A stretch of DNA of 64,000 nucleotides from an uncultured Acidobacteriota bacterium (GTDB taxonomy: Bacteria > Acidobacteriota > Vicinamibacteria > Vicinamibacterales > UBA2999), in the NCBI GenBank assembly GCA_963815285.1, contig CAWFGB010000008.1:647161-711160 (forward strand). Direction: 5' to 3'. Each line of letters opens with the position of its first letter. Position 1 is the stretch's first letter. Below, piece by piece: positions 19,299 to 29,550 of the stretch. The notes beneath the pieces were generated by a model, which did not search any database, had not been told where the DNA came from, and saw nothing but the letters and a program-made list of their open reading frames with translations. The position numbers were made by a program, and so were the translations under genes.

Positions 19299-21272
19299 TT
19301 ACGTCAGGCGCGCCAGACGGCGGACGAAAGACACCGGTTTGGGAGTGATGATCTCGTGGACGCCAGGCAGGTCGATGGTGAAGGTGCTCCCCCGCCCAGG
19401 CTCGCTGGCGACGGATACGCGGCCGCCATGTGCGGAGACGATGCGCTGCACGAGGTGCAGGCCGAGCCCGCTTCCCTGAATCTGGCGCGCCACGGCCTCC
19501 CGGCCGCGGTAAAAGGGCTCGAAGATGTGCTTTCGATCTTCGGTCGCGATGCCCAGGCCGCGATCCTCGACCGTGATGCGAGTGGCCTTGTGCGTCAGCG
19601 ATCGCGCGCTGACCCGCACCCATTTCGCGTCGCCGCCGTACTTGATCGCGTTGCTGATCAGATTTTGAATCGCCGATCGGAGCGCCGTCGCGTCACCGAC
19701 CACGCGCTGCACACCATACGGATCAGCCGGCGAGTGCCGCAGGTCGTCGGCGATGTCCACTTCGATCGTGACGCCCCCGGCCTCGCTCTCGTGGCGCGTT
19801 GCCGCGACGGCGTCCTCCACGAGCGCTGGCACGGACAGGGCAGAGGGTGTCACCGCCGCCCCTCCGGCAGCAATGCCGGAAAGCTGCAGCACGCGTTCGA
19901 CCGTCTCTCCTAGACGCCGTGCCTCGGCCTGGATCGTGACGCCATACTTCTTGACGCGACCGGTTTCCTCCACGACACCATCGGCAAGATTGCCGGCCGC
20001 CGCGCCGATGACTGAGACCGGGGTGCGCAACTCATGGGACACAGCGGCGACGAACTCGAGTTGCTGGCGTGCGAGCCGATCCGCACGTCGGGCCGAGACG
20101 ACGATGAGACCGATGGCTGCGGCGAGAAGTGCCAAAATACTGGAGCTCAGGGCGAAGTTACGCGTGCGCGCCGCGGCAACGGCCGCTTCGAGTGAACCGG
20201 CGCGGTGCTTGGCGACCAGTCGCCACTGTCCGTCGCCCGCGATGGTCGCCCGTTGCACCGACACCGTTCCACCGTCACGCTTGGTTTCAATCAGGTTCAC
20301 GACCACGTTGTCTCCGCCAGGACGGGGAACAGGCGGCGGAAGGGATGGCGCTCCTGTGCCGATCATGCGGCCCTCGCTCGCGCGCGCCATGAACAGGAAC
20401 TGCCCCATGCGCGGGCCGAGCAGCGACGCGGTTGCGTCAGGGCTCCCCGATGCGCTGGCGGCGGCGCCGGGCTGTGACTCGAAGATCAGGCGCGCCGGAT
20501 CATCGCGTGAGACGATCCCGATCGCGAACTCGGTGTCTCCGTTCGCGTCATAGAAGTGCTTGCGGACCAGAGCGGGAAGAACGTCGCGTCCCAGGGCTTC
20601 GAGATCGAACTGGATGATCGTGAATCCGAGCAACCTGACGTCCGACCGCGCTTCCGCTGCCCCGGGGGCCGGGGCCGTGATCCGCATGACCGGCATCACG
20701 ACCGACTGACCATCACCGGTGGGCGACGGAGGAAACATCATGCGCCGCATGGGCGCACGGGTCTCGCGCGTGTTAGATGGCCGGCGTTCTCCCGGAACTG
20801 GCATGTCAATGACGGCCACGCTCTCGTGAACGAACCGCGTGCGCACACTGGCCAGTTCCTCGGGCCACGGGGTCTCGTCGAAGGTATGAGTTTGCGTATT
20901 CCAGATGCGGAGCGGCGCGGCCGCGGCGCGGCCTTCGTCCGCCGCTTCGATGAAGTAGATCGACTTGACGATGCGCGGGGATGCCGCACTGGCGGTCCAC
21001 ACCTGGTATTTCTGCGCGAAGCCAGACCACTCGGCCTGTTCGACCGACGATGGGTCGATTTGCAGAGCGAAGACGGCACGGCCGATCTCGGCGTCGAAAT
21101 CCTGGGCCAGCTGGGCCGCCGACGTCTGCAGGGTGCGAGCGCGCCGCTCGCGGTCGGCGTCAGCAATCTGGTCGAGCCACGAATACTGCAGCCAGGCGAG
21201 CGCCGGCAGCAGCACCACCACGGCGGCGGCCAGCAGGGTGACACCCGAAAATCTCCCTCGGCGCTTCGTCAC
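19299..21272 (-). CDS. Membrane sensor histidine kinase
   Basis: Two TM helices flanking a large periplasmic domain; SHELRTP, NLISNAIKY, DRGLGI, GSGLGL. Confidence 0.93.
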   Translation of the reverse strand: MTKRRGRFSGVTLLAAAVVVLLPALAWLQYSWLDQIADADRERRARTLQTSAAQLAQDFDAEIGRAVFALQIDPSSVEQAEWSGFAQKYQVWTASAASPRIVKSIYFIEAADEGRAAAAPLRIWNTQTHTFDETPWPEELASVRTRFVHESVAVIDMPVPGERRPSNTRETRAPMRRMMFPPSPTGDGQSVVMPVMRITAPAPGAAEARSDVRLLGFTIIQFDLEALGRDVLPALVRKHFYDANGDTEFAIGIVSRDDPARLIFESQPGAAASASGSPDATASLLGPRMGQFLFMARASEGRMIGTGAPSLPPPVPRPGGDNVVVNLIETKRDGGTVSVQRATIAGDGQWRLVAKHRAGSLEAAVAAARTRNFALSSSILALLAAAIGLIVVSARRADRLARQQLEFVAAVSHELRTPVSVIGAAAGNLADGVVEETGRVKKYGVTIQAEARRLGETVERVLQLSGIAAGGAAVTPSALSVPALVEDAVAATRHESEAGGVTIEVDIADDLRHSPADPYGVQRVVGDATALRSAIQNLISNAIKYGGDAKWVRVSARSLTHKATRITVEDRGLGIATEDRKHIFEPFYRGREAVARQIQGSGLGLHLVQRIVSAHGGRVSVASEPGRGSTFTIDLPGVHEIITPKPVSFVRRLARLT

Positions 21273-21322
21273 TTGGGCGAGTCTAGCACGCGAAAAATGC
21301 AGAAATTCGGCCTGAAAACGGC

Positions 21323-21361
21323 TTTTTACATCCTTAACAAGCTCTTTGCCGACCCTTTACG
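21323..21361. promoter_or_regulatory. Possible OmpR-type tandem binding site
   Basis: TTAACA/TTTGCC/TTTACG hexamers at 11-bp spacing (21334, 21345, 21356) in the divergent promoter. Confidence 0.4.
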
Positions 21362-21574
21362 TCGGATCGGCCACATCCGTCGTATTGATATCAGACGCGG
21401 GTACGGCGGCTTCGCCGGCGGTGCCTGGGTGCCCGGGGTTTTGGGTGCATCAGGCGCGGTGAAGCTAGTGGTGGTCGGGGGGGCCGAAGACGTTCGGTTG
21501 CCCCGCCGCCGTTCGGAGCTTCCGAAGCGCGCCCGGTCAGGATCAAAACGTATCCGTAGTCGAAGGAGCTTGAA

Positions 21575-22543
21575 ATGAAACGTGTGATTTGCGCCGCGGC
21601 AGTCGTAGCGCTGGGCATCCCGGTTGCCGCGCAGGACAAGGCGGCCGAAGTGATGCAGAAGACTCGCGCGGCACTGGGCGGCGCGCGGCTCGAGCAGATC
21701 AAGGCGCTCGCGCTCGAGGGACCGTTCGCGCGCGAGATGGGCAACCGGCAGGTGCAGGGGAAGATCGCGCTGACGCTGCAGCTCCCCGCGAACATGCACA
21801 AGAGCGAAGACACCGAGATGATGGGCGGCATGTCCATCGAGCGCATCGCCGCGCTGGCGGGCGACAAGTCATGGGAGGACATGCAGAACCGCGGCGGCAT
21901 GGGCGGCAACATGCAGATCGTGATGCGCGGACCTGGCAACCAGGAGCTCAATGCCGAGCAACTGGAGCAGGCGCGCCTGCGTCGCTTGACGACCGAGTTC
22001 AATCGCTATCTGCTCGCGTTCCTGGGTGGCGCCACTCTGCAGCCCACATATGTGGCGGTCGCTGAAGCGCCGGAAGGCAAGGCCGACGTCGTCGAAGTCA
22101 AGAACGAGCAGGGGCAAGCCGTGCGCATGTTCATCGATCAGGCGACGAGCATGCCGCTGATGCTGCAGTACCAGGAAGTGCGGCCGCGTATACAAATGAT
22201 GGGCGGGCCAGGAGGGGGACGACGTGGTCCGGGTGCGCAAGGTGCACCGGGTGCGCAGGGTGCACCGGGTGCGGCAGGGGCGCCGGCCACAGCAGGTGCA
22301 CCTGGTGCGGAAGGTGCGCGCCAGCGACCCGATCCCGAAGAGATTCGACGGCGCATGGAGTCCATGCCGCCTCCCCAGCCGAGCACGGTCACGCTCTATC
22401 TCGGCGACTACAAAAAAGTGGACGGCGTGATGCTGCCGCACCGACTCACACAGGCGGTTGATGGCAAGACGGTTGAGGAGTGGACCATCGAGCGGGCGAG
22501 GGTCAATCCCAACGTCAAGGCCGATCTGTTCGAGAAGAAGTAA
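21575..22543 (+). CDS. Exported hypothetical protein (possibly LolA-like/outer-membrane sorting fold) with G-A-X linker
   Basis: Signal peptide, AAGGAG ribosome-binding site, DYKKVDGVMLPH..NPNV..DLF C-terminus. Confidence 0.75.
   Translation: MKRVICAAAVVALGIPVAAQDKAAEVMQKTRAALGGARLEQIKALALEGPFAREMGNRQVQGKIALTLQLPANMHKSEDTEMMGGMSIERIAALAGDKSWEDMQNRGGMGGNMQIVMRGPGNQELNAEQLEQARLRRLTTEFNRYLLAFLGGATLQPTYVAVAEAPEGKADVVEVKNEQGQAVRMFIDQATSMPLMLQYQEVRPRIQMMGGPGGGRRGPGAQGAPGAQGAPGAAGAPATAGAPGAEGARQRPDPEEIRRRMESMPPPQPSTVTLYLGDYKKVDGVMLPHRLTQAVDGKTVEEWTIERARVNPNVKADLFEKK
22232..22320 (+). repeat. In-frame 9-bp GGTGC-NNN repeat (GAQ/GAP)
   Basis: ggtgcgcaa ggtgcaccg ggtgcgcag ggtgcaccg ggtgcggca ... Confidence 0.75.
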
Positions 22544-22549
22544 TTCACC

Positions 22550-25192
22550 ATGAAGAGTGCGACATCGCGATCGTTCAGGGCCCTTTTGGTTCTCGTGTGG
22601 TGCGCGTTGCCGCCGGTAGCGGCGTTCGCGCAGGCGCAATCGACGGCCCGTATCACGGTTCGTGATGAAACCGAAGCCGCGCTCATCCACGCCACGGTTA
22701 CCCTCACCGATGCGGCCGGCGTGCCACGGCAGGTGCTCGTGGATGAGAGCGGTGTCGCAACCTTCACCGGGCTCGTGCCCGGCACCTATCAGATCACGGT
22801 CGAGGCCGAGGGCTTCCAGAGCTTTACCGGGGCCGTCGCCGTTCGGCGCGGCAACAACACCGCCATCGCGACGCTGACGGTGGCGTTTCGCGAGCAGGTG
22901 GAAGTCACCGAGATCAACGCCGCGGATCGCCGCGACAACGGCTTCTCCACGACGCTGTCGCGCGAGCAGATCGATGGGCTGTCGGATGATCCGGACGAAA
23001 TGGCGGAGCAGTTGCGGCAGATGGCCGGGCCGGGCGCACAACTCTTCATCGACGGCTTTCGCGGCGGGCGTCTCCCGCCGAAGGATCAGATCCAGCAGAT
23101 CCGCTTCAACACCAACTCGTATTCCGCTGAGTATCACGAAGCCGGCATGGTGCGTATCGAGGTCATCACCAGGCCGGGCATGGGCAACTGGCGCGGCACC
23201 ATGAACTTCGGGTTTCGCGACGAGTCGATGAACGCGACCAACAAGTTTGCCACCGTCGAAGGCCCCGAGCAGCACAAGCGCTTCATGTTCAACACGCAGG
23301 GCCCCTTGCTCAAAGGCAAGACCGGCATCTCGATTGCCGCCGACGGCAACATGTCCTACGACTCGCAAACGATCGTCGCGCACACTCCCGCGGGGGAACT
23401 CAACGATCAGGTGCGGCGTCCGTTGGAGGACGTCAATGCGACCGTGCGGCTCGAACAACTGCTCGGACCCACCGCCCAGCTGCGGGCTGAGTACTCGCGC
23501 CGCGAGAACACGCGCAGCAATCTTGGCGTCGGCGACTTCGATCTGCAGGATCGCGCGTATTCGACGAATACGGTGACCAATGCACTGCGCGTCCGCAACA
23601 CGCGCACCATCGGCAAGAGCGTCTTCAGCGAGCTGCGCTTCGAAGCGACGCAGTCGTCGAACGCCTTGCTGCCGGCGTCGACTGCTCCGACCGTTCGCGT
23701 GCTCGAGCAGTTCACGTCGGGCAGTGCGGGTCAGCTGGGCACACGCGAGGGCCGGCTGTTCACGGTGGCCCAGAACTTCGACTTCAGCATTGCCAAGCAC
23801 ATGCTACGGGCCGGTGTGCTGGTGGACGGGGCATGGTGGGACAGTACCCAGCGGACCAACGCAAACGGCACGTTCACGTTCTCGAGCATGGATGACTACC
23901 TGGCGGGCCGGCCAGGCACGTATTCGCGTCGCGTCGGCGATCCGCAGGTGGCGTATTCGCAGTTCGAGGCCGGCTGGTACATCCAGGATGACTTCCGCGT
24001 CAGCAAGAATCTCAGCGCGAGTGTCGGCATACGCCAGGAAGTCCAGACCAACGTGGACGACAAGTTCAACCTCGCACCGCGCGCGGCCTTCACTTATGCC
24101 TTGCGCAAAGGCAACATCCGCGGCGGCTACGGCGTGTTCTACGACTGGCTCGAATCGAGCGTCTACGAACAGGTGGTGCGGGTGGACGGCACGCAGCAAA
24201 CCGACGAGATCATCATCAACCCTTCGTTTCCCGACCCAGGCTTGGGTGCTGGCGAGTCGCTGGCCGCCAGCCGCATTCAGCTCGGTCCGCAGTTGACGCA
24301 GCCGACCATTCAGCAGGCATCGATCGGCTACGACCGGCCGTTTGGCGAGTGGGGCACCTTCCGCACCGACTACATGTTGACGCGCGGCCACGACACGTTG
24401 CGCGCGGTGAACGTCAACGCGCCGCTCGACGGTGTGCGGCCCGATCTGACCGCGGGCAACGTCACGCAGGTTGAATCGACCGGCCGGCGCGCGACCGACC
24501 GCATCAACGTCGCCATGACGCTCCGGATGCCGCGCGTGCGCGGCCTCATGGGCAACGTGATGTATCAGTATGCGAACAACCGCAACTTCTCGGATTCGCC
24601 GCTGGCGCTGCCATCTAACAGCAACGATCCGGACGCCGACTGGGGTCCGTCGGCCATGGACATCCGACACCGCCTGTTCTTCATGTTCAACACGCCGCTG
24701 CTGCAGGGTCTGCGCCTGAGCCTGCAGGCGCAGTATTCATCCGCGCCTCCATATACCATCACGACCGGCTTCGACGACAACGGCGACACGGTGTTCAACG
24801 ATCGCCCGGTCGGTATCGGGCGCAACAGCGAGCGCGGCGCCTCGCAGTGGAACGTCAACCTCCGGCTGAACCGCTCTTTCAATCTCGGCGGCGTGCTCGG
24901 CGGCGATGGCCCCATGATGATTGGCGGCGGCGCGCCACCCCCTCCGCCGACGAACAATCAGCAGGGCCCCGGTGGCGGTGCCGGCGCTGGCGGCGGTGGG
25001 CCTGTGCAGATGATGGTCATGGATGGGAATGCCTCGCGCTACCGTCTCGACCTTTATCTGCAGGTGTTCAACCTGCTGAACACCGCCAACTACAACGTGT
25101 TCGTTGGCAACCAGCAGTCCTACTACTTTGGTCAGCCGACGTCGGCCGCGCCGCCGCGCCGAATCGAAATCGGGGCCTCGTTGAGTTTCTAG
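22550..25192 (+). CDS. TonB-dependent-receptor-like outer-membrane protein with N-terminal carboxypeptidase-regulatory-like domain
   Basis: Signal peptide, PGTYQITVEAEGF, NSYSAEY, YIQDDFRV, C-terminal EIGASLSF beta-signal. Confidence 0.85.
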   Translation: MKSATSRSFRALLVLVWCALPPVAAFAQAQSTARITVRDETEAALIHATVTLTDAAGVPRQVLVDESGVATFTGLVPGTYQITVEAEGFQSFTGAVAVRRGNNTAIATLTVAFREQVEVTEINAADRRDNGFSTTLSREQIDGLSDDPDEMAEQLRQMAGPGAQLFIDGFRGGRLPPKDQIQQIRFNTNSYSAEYHEAGMVRIEVITRPGMGNWRGTMNFGFRDESMNATNKFATVEGPEQHKRFMFNTQGPLLKGKTGISIAADGNMSYDSQTIVAHTPAGELNDQVRRPLEDVNATVRLEQLLGPTAQLRAEYSRRENTRSNLGVGDFDLQDRAYSTNTVTNALRVRNTRTIGKSVFSELRFEATQSSNALLPASTAPTVRVLEQFTSGSAGQLGTREGRLFTVAQNFDFSIAKHMLRAGVLVDGAWWDSTQRTNANGTFTFSSMDDYLAGRPGTYSRRVGDPQVAYSQFEAGWYIQDDFRVSKNLSASVGIRQEVQTNVDDKFNLAPRAAFTYALRKGNIRGGYGVFYDWLESSVYEQVVRVDGTQQTDEIIINPSFPDPGLGAGESLAASRIQLGPQLTQPTIQQASIGYDRPFGEWGTFRTDYMLTRGHDTLRAVNVNAPLDGVRPDLTAGNVTQVESTGRRATDRINVAMTLRMPRVRGLMGNVMYQYANNRNFSDSPLALPSNSNDPDADWGPSAMDIRHRLFFMFNTPLLQGLRLSLQAQYSSAPPYTITTGFDDNGDTVFNDRPVGIGRNSERGASQWNVNLRLNRSFNLGGVLGGDGPMMIGGGAPPPPPTNNQQGPGGGAGAGGGGPVQMMVMDGNASRYRLDLYLQVFNLLNTANYNVFVGNQQSYYFGQPTSAAPPRRIEIGASLSF

Positions 25193-25252
25193 CGACCGGC
25201 TCTCCGCGCTCAGCGCTCGAAGCCGATAGCTGACAGCAGATAATGATGACGA

Positions 25253-26380
25253 ATGGCTTCGTTGCAGCCAGACGTCATCGTCATCGGCGCCGGTGTTATC
25301 GGCTGTGCCTGCGCGTTCGAGCTCGCCAGCGCAGGCGCGCGGGTTACCGTCTTCGACCTCCGTCACATCGGACAGGGCGCCTCCCAGGCCTCCGCCGGCG
25401 TGCTCGCGCCGTACATCGAGGGCCACGAGTCCGGTCCCCTCCGCACCCTGGGTCGCCGCAGCCTCGATCTATTCGACGGGTTCGTGCAGCACGTCATGGC
25501 GGAGAGCGGCCGGACCATCCAGTACACACGGGGCGGGACGCTCGAGATCGCCCTCGAGTCAGACCATGCCGCCAACCTCCGCCGATCTGGTGATGCCCTG
25601 CAGCAGGAAGGGGTCGGAGCGCACTGGGTGGACGCGGGCGAACTGCGCGACGTCGAGCCGCTCGCCGCGACGGGTGCGCTCGGCGGTCTGCTCATTGACA
25701 CGCACGGCTTTATCGGGGTGCCGGAATTCACCGACGCGCTCGCCGCGGCGGCCATGCGTGCGGGAGCCCGCTTCGCGATGGACACCAGAGTCGTGGCTAT
25801 CGGGCCGACCGCGGATAAACGGGTCATCGTCACCACCGCGGCTGGACCAAGCGTGGCGGACCGCGTCATCCTGGCGGCGGGCAGCTGGGCTGGACAGGTC
25901 CGAATTGACGGCCTCGCCGACTACGTTGCCGTTAAACCTGTGCGCGGACAGCTCCTCCATCTTGCGTGGCCGACAAGCCAGCCGCTTCGGCACGTTCTGT
26001 GGGGCACCGACTGCTACATCGTCCCGTGGCTGAATGGTCGAGTACTGGTCGGGGCGACGGTCGAAGACGCGGGCTTCGATGAGCGCGCGACGGCAGCGGG
26101 CGTTCGAGATCTGCTCGAGGCCGGCTGCGGGTTGGTTCCTCACCTGTGGCAGGCGTCGTTCGAAGAGGTGCGGGTTGGGTTACGCCCGGCGTCTCCCGAT
26201 GGGTTGCCGATTGTCGGGACGTCCGCAGTTGTGCCCGGCCTGATCTACGCGACCGGGCATTATCGAAACGGCGTGCTGTTGACGCCGTTGACGGCCGCGC
26301 TGGTGAAATCGCTCGTGATGGGTGAGGATGCGGATCCGGCGCTGGACCTGCTGCAACCGTCGCGCTTGGGACGGCTCTGA
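25253..26380 (+). CDS. thiO: Glycine oxidase (FAD-dependent, DAO family)
   Basis: IGAGVIG, GASQASAGVL, PVRGQ, GLRPASPDG, ATGHYRNGVLL. Confidence 0.85.
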   Translation: MASLQPDVIVIGAGVIGCACAFELASAGARVTVFDLRHIGQGASQASAGVLAPYIEGHESGPLRTLGRRSLDLFDGFVQHVMAESGRTIQYTRGGTLEIALESDHAANLRRSGDALQQEGVGAHWVDAGELRDVEPLAATGALGGLLIDTHGFIGVPEFTDALAAAAMRAGARFAMDTRVVAIGPTADKRVIVTTAAGPSVADRVILAAGSWAGQVRIDGLADYVAVKPVRGQLLHLAWPTSQPLRHVLWGTDCYIVPWLNGRVLVGATVEDAGFDERATAAGVRDLLEAGCGLVPHLWQASFEEVRVGLRPASPDGLPIVGTSAVVPGLIYATGHYRNGVLLTPLTAALVKSLVMGEDADPALDLLQPSRLGRL

Positions 26381-26464
26381 CAGCGACAATCCCGAGGCCT
26401 CAGAGGCAACGAAGCCGTCGAATAGCGTACGAAGAGCCGAAACGACGAAGGTGGAGGATCCCTC

Positions 26465-26776
26465 ATGACGACACTGAGCACTGATGACACGAAGTCACGA
26501 TTGCGCGAGCTCGAGGGCTGGACGCTCGACGGAAACTCGATCAAGAAGCAGTTCGTGTTTGCCGGCTTCCCCGAGGCGGTGGATTTCGTCGGGCATCTCG
26601 TGCCGCATGCGGAAGCGGCCGATCATCATCCCGACGTGCTGATCAACTACAAGCGGGTGACCCTGAGCTACTCGACCCACTCGGAAGGTGGGCTCACGCA
26701 GAAAGACTTCGACGGCGCGAAAATGGCCGAGCGCGTGGCGGCGGAATTGACGATGGACACGAAGCGCGCGAAATAG
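26465..26776 (+). CDS. Pterin-4a-carbinolamine dehydratase
   Basis: AEAADHHPD, YSTHSEGGLTQKDF. Confidence 0.9.
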   Translation: MTTLSTDDTKSRLRELEGWTLDGNSIKKQFVFAGFPEAVDFVGHLVPHAEAADHHPDVLINYKRVTLSYSTHSEGGLTQKDFDGAKMAERVAAELTMDTKRAK

Positions 26777-26785
26777 TTCTACGCG

Positions 26786-27121
26786 TTATCGTTTCTTGCT
26801 GATCGGGAAGATCTTCTCGAGGTCGTCGCCGGGGCGGGGGATGACGTGGACGCCCACCAATTCTCCTACGCGCCGCGCGGCGGCGGCGCCGGCGTCGGTG
26901 GCGGCCTTGACGGACCCGACATCGCCGCGCACGATGGCCGTGACCAATCCGGCATCGACCTTCTGCCAGCCGACGAACACGACATTGGCGGTCTTGACCA
27001 TAGCGTCAGCGGCTTCGATCATGCCGATGAGCCCGCGGGTTTCAACCATGCCGAGCGCCTCGCCGTAATCGTTGCCCTCGTCTGGCTGTGAACTGGATTC
27101 TGAAGGGGCCGTTTTCGCCAT
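26786..27121 (-). CDS. Bacterial microcompartment hexamer shell protein (BMC-H, EutM/PduA-like)
   Basis: [44 protein letters not shown]. Confidence 0.95.
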   Translation of the reverse strand: MAKTAPSESSSQPDEGNDYGEALGMVETRGLIGMIEAADAMVKTANVVFVGWQKVDAGLVTAIVRGDVGSVKAATDAGAAAARRVGELVGVHVIPRPGDDLEKIFPISKKR

Positions 27122-27123
27122 GG

Positions 27124-28251
27124 CTAGACAATCTTACCTCGTGCCGCGATCGGCATGGGCCCGACGATGCTATCGCCGTCGGTCAGCCACGCTTCATCGA
27201 CGAGGTTCGAGACCACACACGAATGGTTGGGGACCAGCCGGACGCGGCGGCCGGGTTCGAGCGGCGTGGCCCCAGAAATCGCGCGAACAGTGGCGTGTTC
27301 CTCCGAGAGCCGCTCGACGAGCAGGTTGTCGTCCGCATGCGAGGCCCCGGTTACCGCGCTGAGGATCGCACCGTGACCCGGCAAGGGCGAAAAGCCGCGC
27401 GCCCCGTCGGCCGCGAGCGCCTTGCTGCCGCAATCCAGAATGATCCGATCGGCCGACGGCTTGCTCACCACCGTCGCCAGCACGGTGAGCGCACAATCGC
27501 TCAACGAAGCCGCCCCGAGCCCGACTTGCGTGCGGTCGAAGTAGACATAGTTGCCGGCGCGATATTCGGTGAGCCAGTCCTGCTGGAGCGAGTAGCGCGC
27601 CGTCGGTGTGGCACCGGCGCTGAGTTCGTCGATTTGCACGCCCTGCTCACGCGCCAGCAGCGCAAGCGACTGCAGGGTTTGCGTCTCGACTTCGGCAATT
27701 GACCGCAGGTCTGCTTCCGACGATGCGTGATACGCCTGACCGGCGTGAGACAGCAGCCCTTTCAGATTGAGGCCCGGGAGCGAGGCGACGGTCGTGATGA
27801 ACGGCACTGCCGAGCGGGGATCGGGGTCGATACCGCAGCGATGAAATCCGACGTCCACCTTGACCAGTACGTCAACGGTGCGGCCGGCACGCGCCATCGC
27901 CTCCGACCAGCCACGCGCGACATCAGGATGATCGACGACGAAAGACAGGCGGGTGCGTTCGAGCAGGGCGACAACTCGCGCCGCGTTTGCCGGGTTGAGA
28001 GGATACGGCAGCCTGATGTCCGTGAAGCCCTCCGCGGCAAACACCTCGGCCTCGCCGAGCTTGGCGCAGCAGATGCCGATGGCCCCGCGGTCGATCTGCC
28101 AGCGCGCGACGACCGCGCTCTTGTGCGTCTTGGCGTGCGGCCGCATGCGGATCCCGCGTTTGTCGGCGGCTTCCTGCATCCGGTCGATGTTGTCGAGCAC
28201 GCGCGGCTGTTCAATCAGCACGGCGGGCGTCCGAAGGTCCTGAAGCGTCAC
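27124..28251 (-). CDS. PLP fold-type III enzyme, D-threonine aldolase/DSD1 family
   Basis: [39 protein letters not shown]. Confidence 0.9.
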   Translation of the reverse strand: MTLQDLRTPAVLIEQPRVLDNIDRMQEAADKRGIRMRPHAKTHKSAVVARWQIDRGAIGICCAKLGEAEVFAAEGFTDIRLPYPLNPANAARVVALLERTRLSFVVDHPDVARGWSEAMARAGRTVDVLVKVDVGFHRCGIDPDPRSAVPFITTVASLPGLNLKGLLSHAGQAYHASSEADLRSIAEVETQTLQSLALLAREQGVQIDELSAGATPTARYSLQQDWLTEYRAGNYVYFDRTQVGLGAASLSDCALTVLATVVSKPSADRIILDCGSKALAADGARGFSPLPGHGAILSAVTGASHADDNLLVERLSEEHATVRAISGATPLEPGRRVRLVPNHSCVVSNLVDEAWLTDGDSIVGPMPIAARGKIV

Positions 28252-28300
28252 GACGCGATCATGGCACGGCTTACCAGCGACGAGCTACTCGCCGGCCCGC

Positions 28301-29539
28301 TTACCCGAACAGCTTACGAAACCGCGCCGGCCGCACGCCGTGGCGCGGGAACACCTTCGCCGCGGCCGATTCATCGGCGCCGAGGTGCCGCATCACGACC
28401 TCGCCGAACACGTCGCGGAAATCTGTGGTGATCGCCAGGTCGCGGCCCTCGTGGCGCTGATCCTCGCCGAGGCCAGGCCACTCCCCGTAGATGCCGCCCT
28501 TCACACCACCTCCGATGACGAGCATGGCATTGCCATGGCCATGATCGGTGCCGCGGCTGCCGTTTTCCGCCACGGTGCGACCGAACTCGGACATCGTCAG
28601 GATGACCGTGTCGGCCATCTGATCGCCAAGATCCTGCGCGAGCGCCGCGATGCCGTTGGCGAAATCGCCGAGGCGATTCGCCATTTGACCGGTGGCGCCA
28701 CCCTCGTTGACGTGGTGATCCCACTGGGTGCTGTCGGCGAACGCAATCTCGAGCCCGACGTCGGCCTTGGCTAACCGCGCAATCTCCTGCAGCGCCTGGC
28801 CAAAGGGCGACCTCGGGTAGGTTGCGCCGTTGGCCGGACGATACGCCCGAGCGGCGCCCGGGCCAGCCGACAGGGTACGCATTGCATTGAACGCATCATT
28901 GGCCGTGCCCTTGAGGATCTGATCAGCCGCACCCCGGTAGGCTTCTTCGAACGTCTCCTGGGTCCCCGTCGCGCCACGGACGCCGAACTCGGCGACGCTG
29001 GCCATCGCCAGCGCCGGCGCCGGTCCCTGCAGCGACCGGGGCATCTGACGGGCGAGCGCGATGGCGGTCAGCGGCGTGCCGTGCTCGTGCGCCACCTGCA
29101 GGTAACGGTTCAACCATCCATCCTTCGTGCTCTTGATGCCAGGCGTCGCGGTTTCCATGTAGTCCTGCGCATCGAAGTGGGAGCGCGTGCTGTCGGGTGA
29201 GCCCGCCGCGTGGACGATGGCGAGTGAATGGTTGCGCCAGAGCGGCGTCAGCGCGGACATACGCGGATGGAAGCCAAAATAGCCATCGAGATCGATGGCC
29301 GCTCCTGCGCCGGCAGAAGGCCGTGCGATGGCAATGGTTGGGCGGACGCGGTAATACTCCGCGTCTCCATGCGGCACGATCATGTTCAGGCCATCCACGG
29401 CTCCGCGCTGGAAGATGGCGATGAGGAGCTTGCGCCGCGTGCCCGCCGCTTCAGCCGTGCGCGCCAGAAACGACGGTGCAAAGCCGAGCGTGACCAGCGA
29501 CATTCCCGTGGATTTCAGAAACACTCGACGGGTAATCAT
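28301..29539 (-). CDS. DUF1501 family protein, probable Tat substrate
   Basis: MITRRVFLK twin-arginine; FQRGAVDGLN, RSHFDAQ, WDHH, SEFGRT..ENG..GTDHG. Confidence 0.9.
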   Translation of the reverse strand: MITRRVFLKSTGMSLVTLGFAPSFLARTAEAAGTRRKLLIAIFQRGAVDGLNMIVPHGDAEYYRVRPTIAIARPSAGAGAAIDLDGYFGFHPRMSALTPLWRNHSLAIVHAAGSPDSTRSHFDAQDYMETATPGIKSTKDGWLNRYLQVAHEHGTPLTAIALARQMPRSLQGPAPALAMASVAEFGVRGATGTQETFEEAYRGAADQILKGTANDAFNAMRTLSAGPGAARAYRPANGATYPRSPFGQALQEIARLAKADVGLEIAFADSTQWDHHVNEGGATGQMANRLGDFANGIAALAQDLGDQMADTVILTMSEFGRTVAENGSRGTDHGHGNAMLVIGGGVKGGIYGEWPGLGEDQRHEGRDLAITTDFRDVFGEVVMRHLGADESAAAKVFPRHGVRPARFRKLFG

Positions 29540-29550
29540 GATGGTCGCCT

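Noticed and set aside
21869-23800. 643-aa minus-strand ORF (likewise 58661-60385, 420-1496, 32779-34017)
   Set aside because: Antisense shadows of well-supported genes, expected in high-GC DNA; no recognisable motifs.
26465-26776. Carboxysome-associated pterin-dehydratase-like Rubisco assembly factor
   Set aside because: The catalytic HHPD histidines are intact, and there are no Rubisco or carboxysome genes; the carbonic anhydrase is about 10 kb away.
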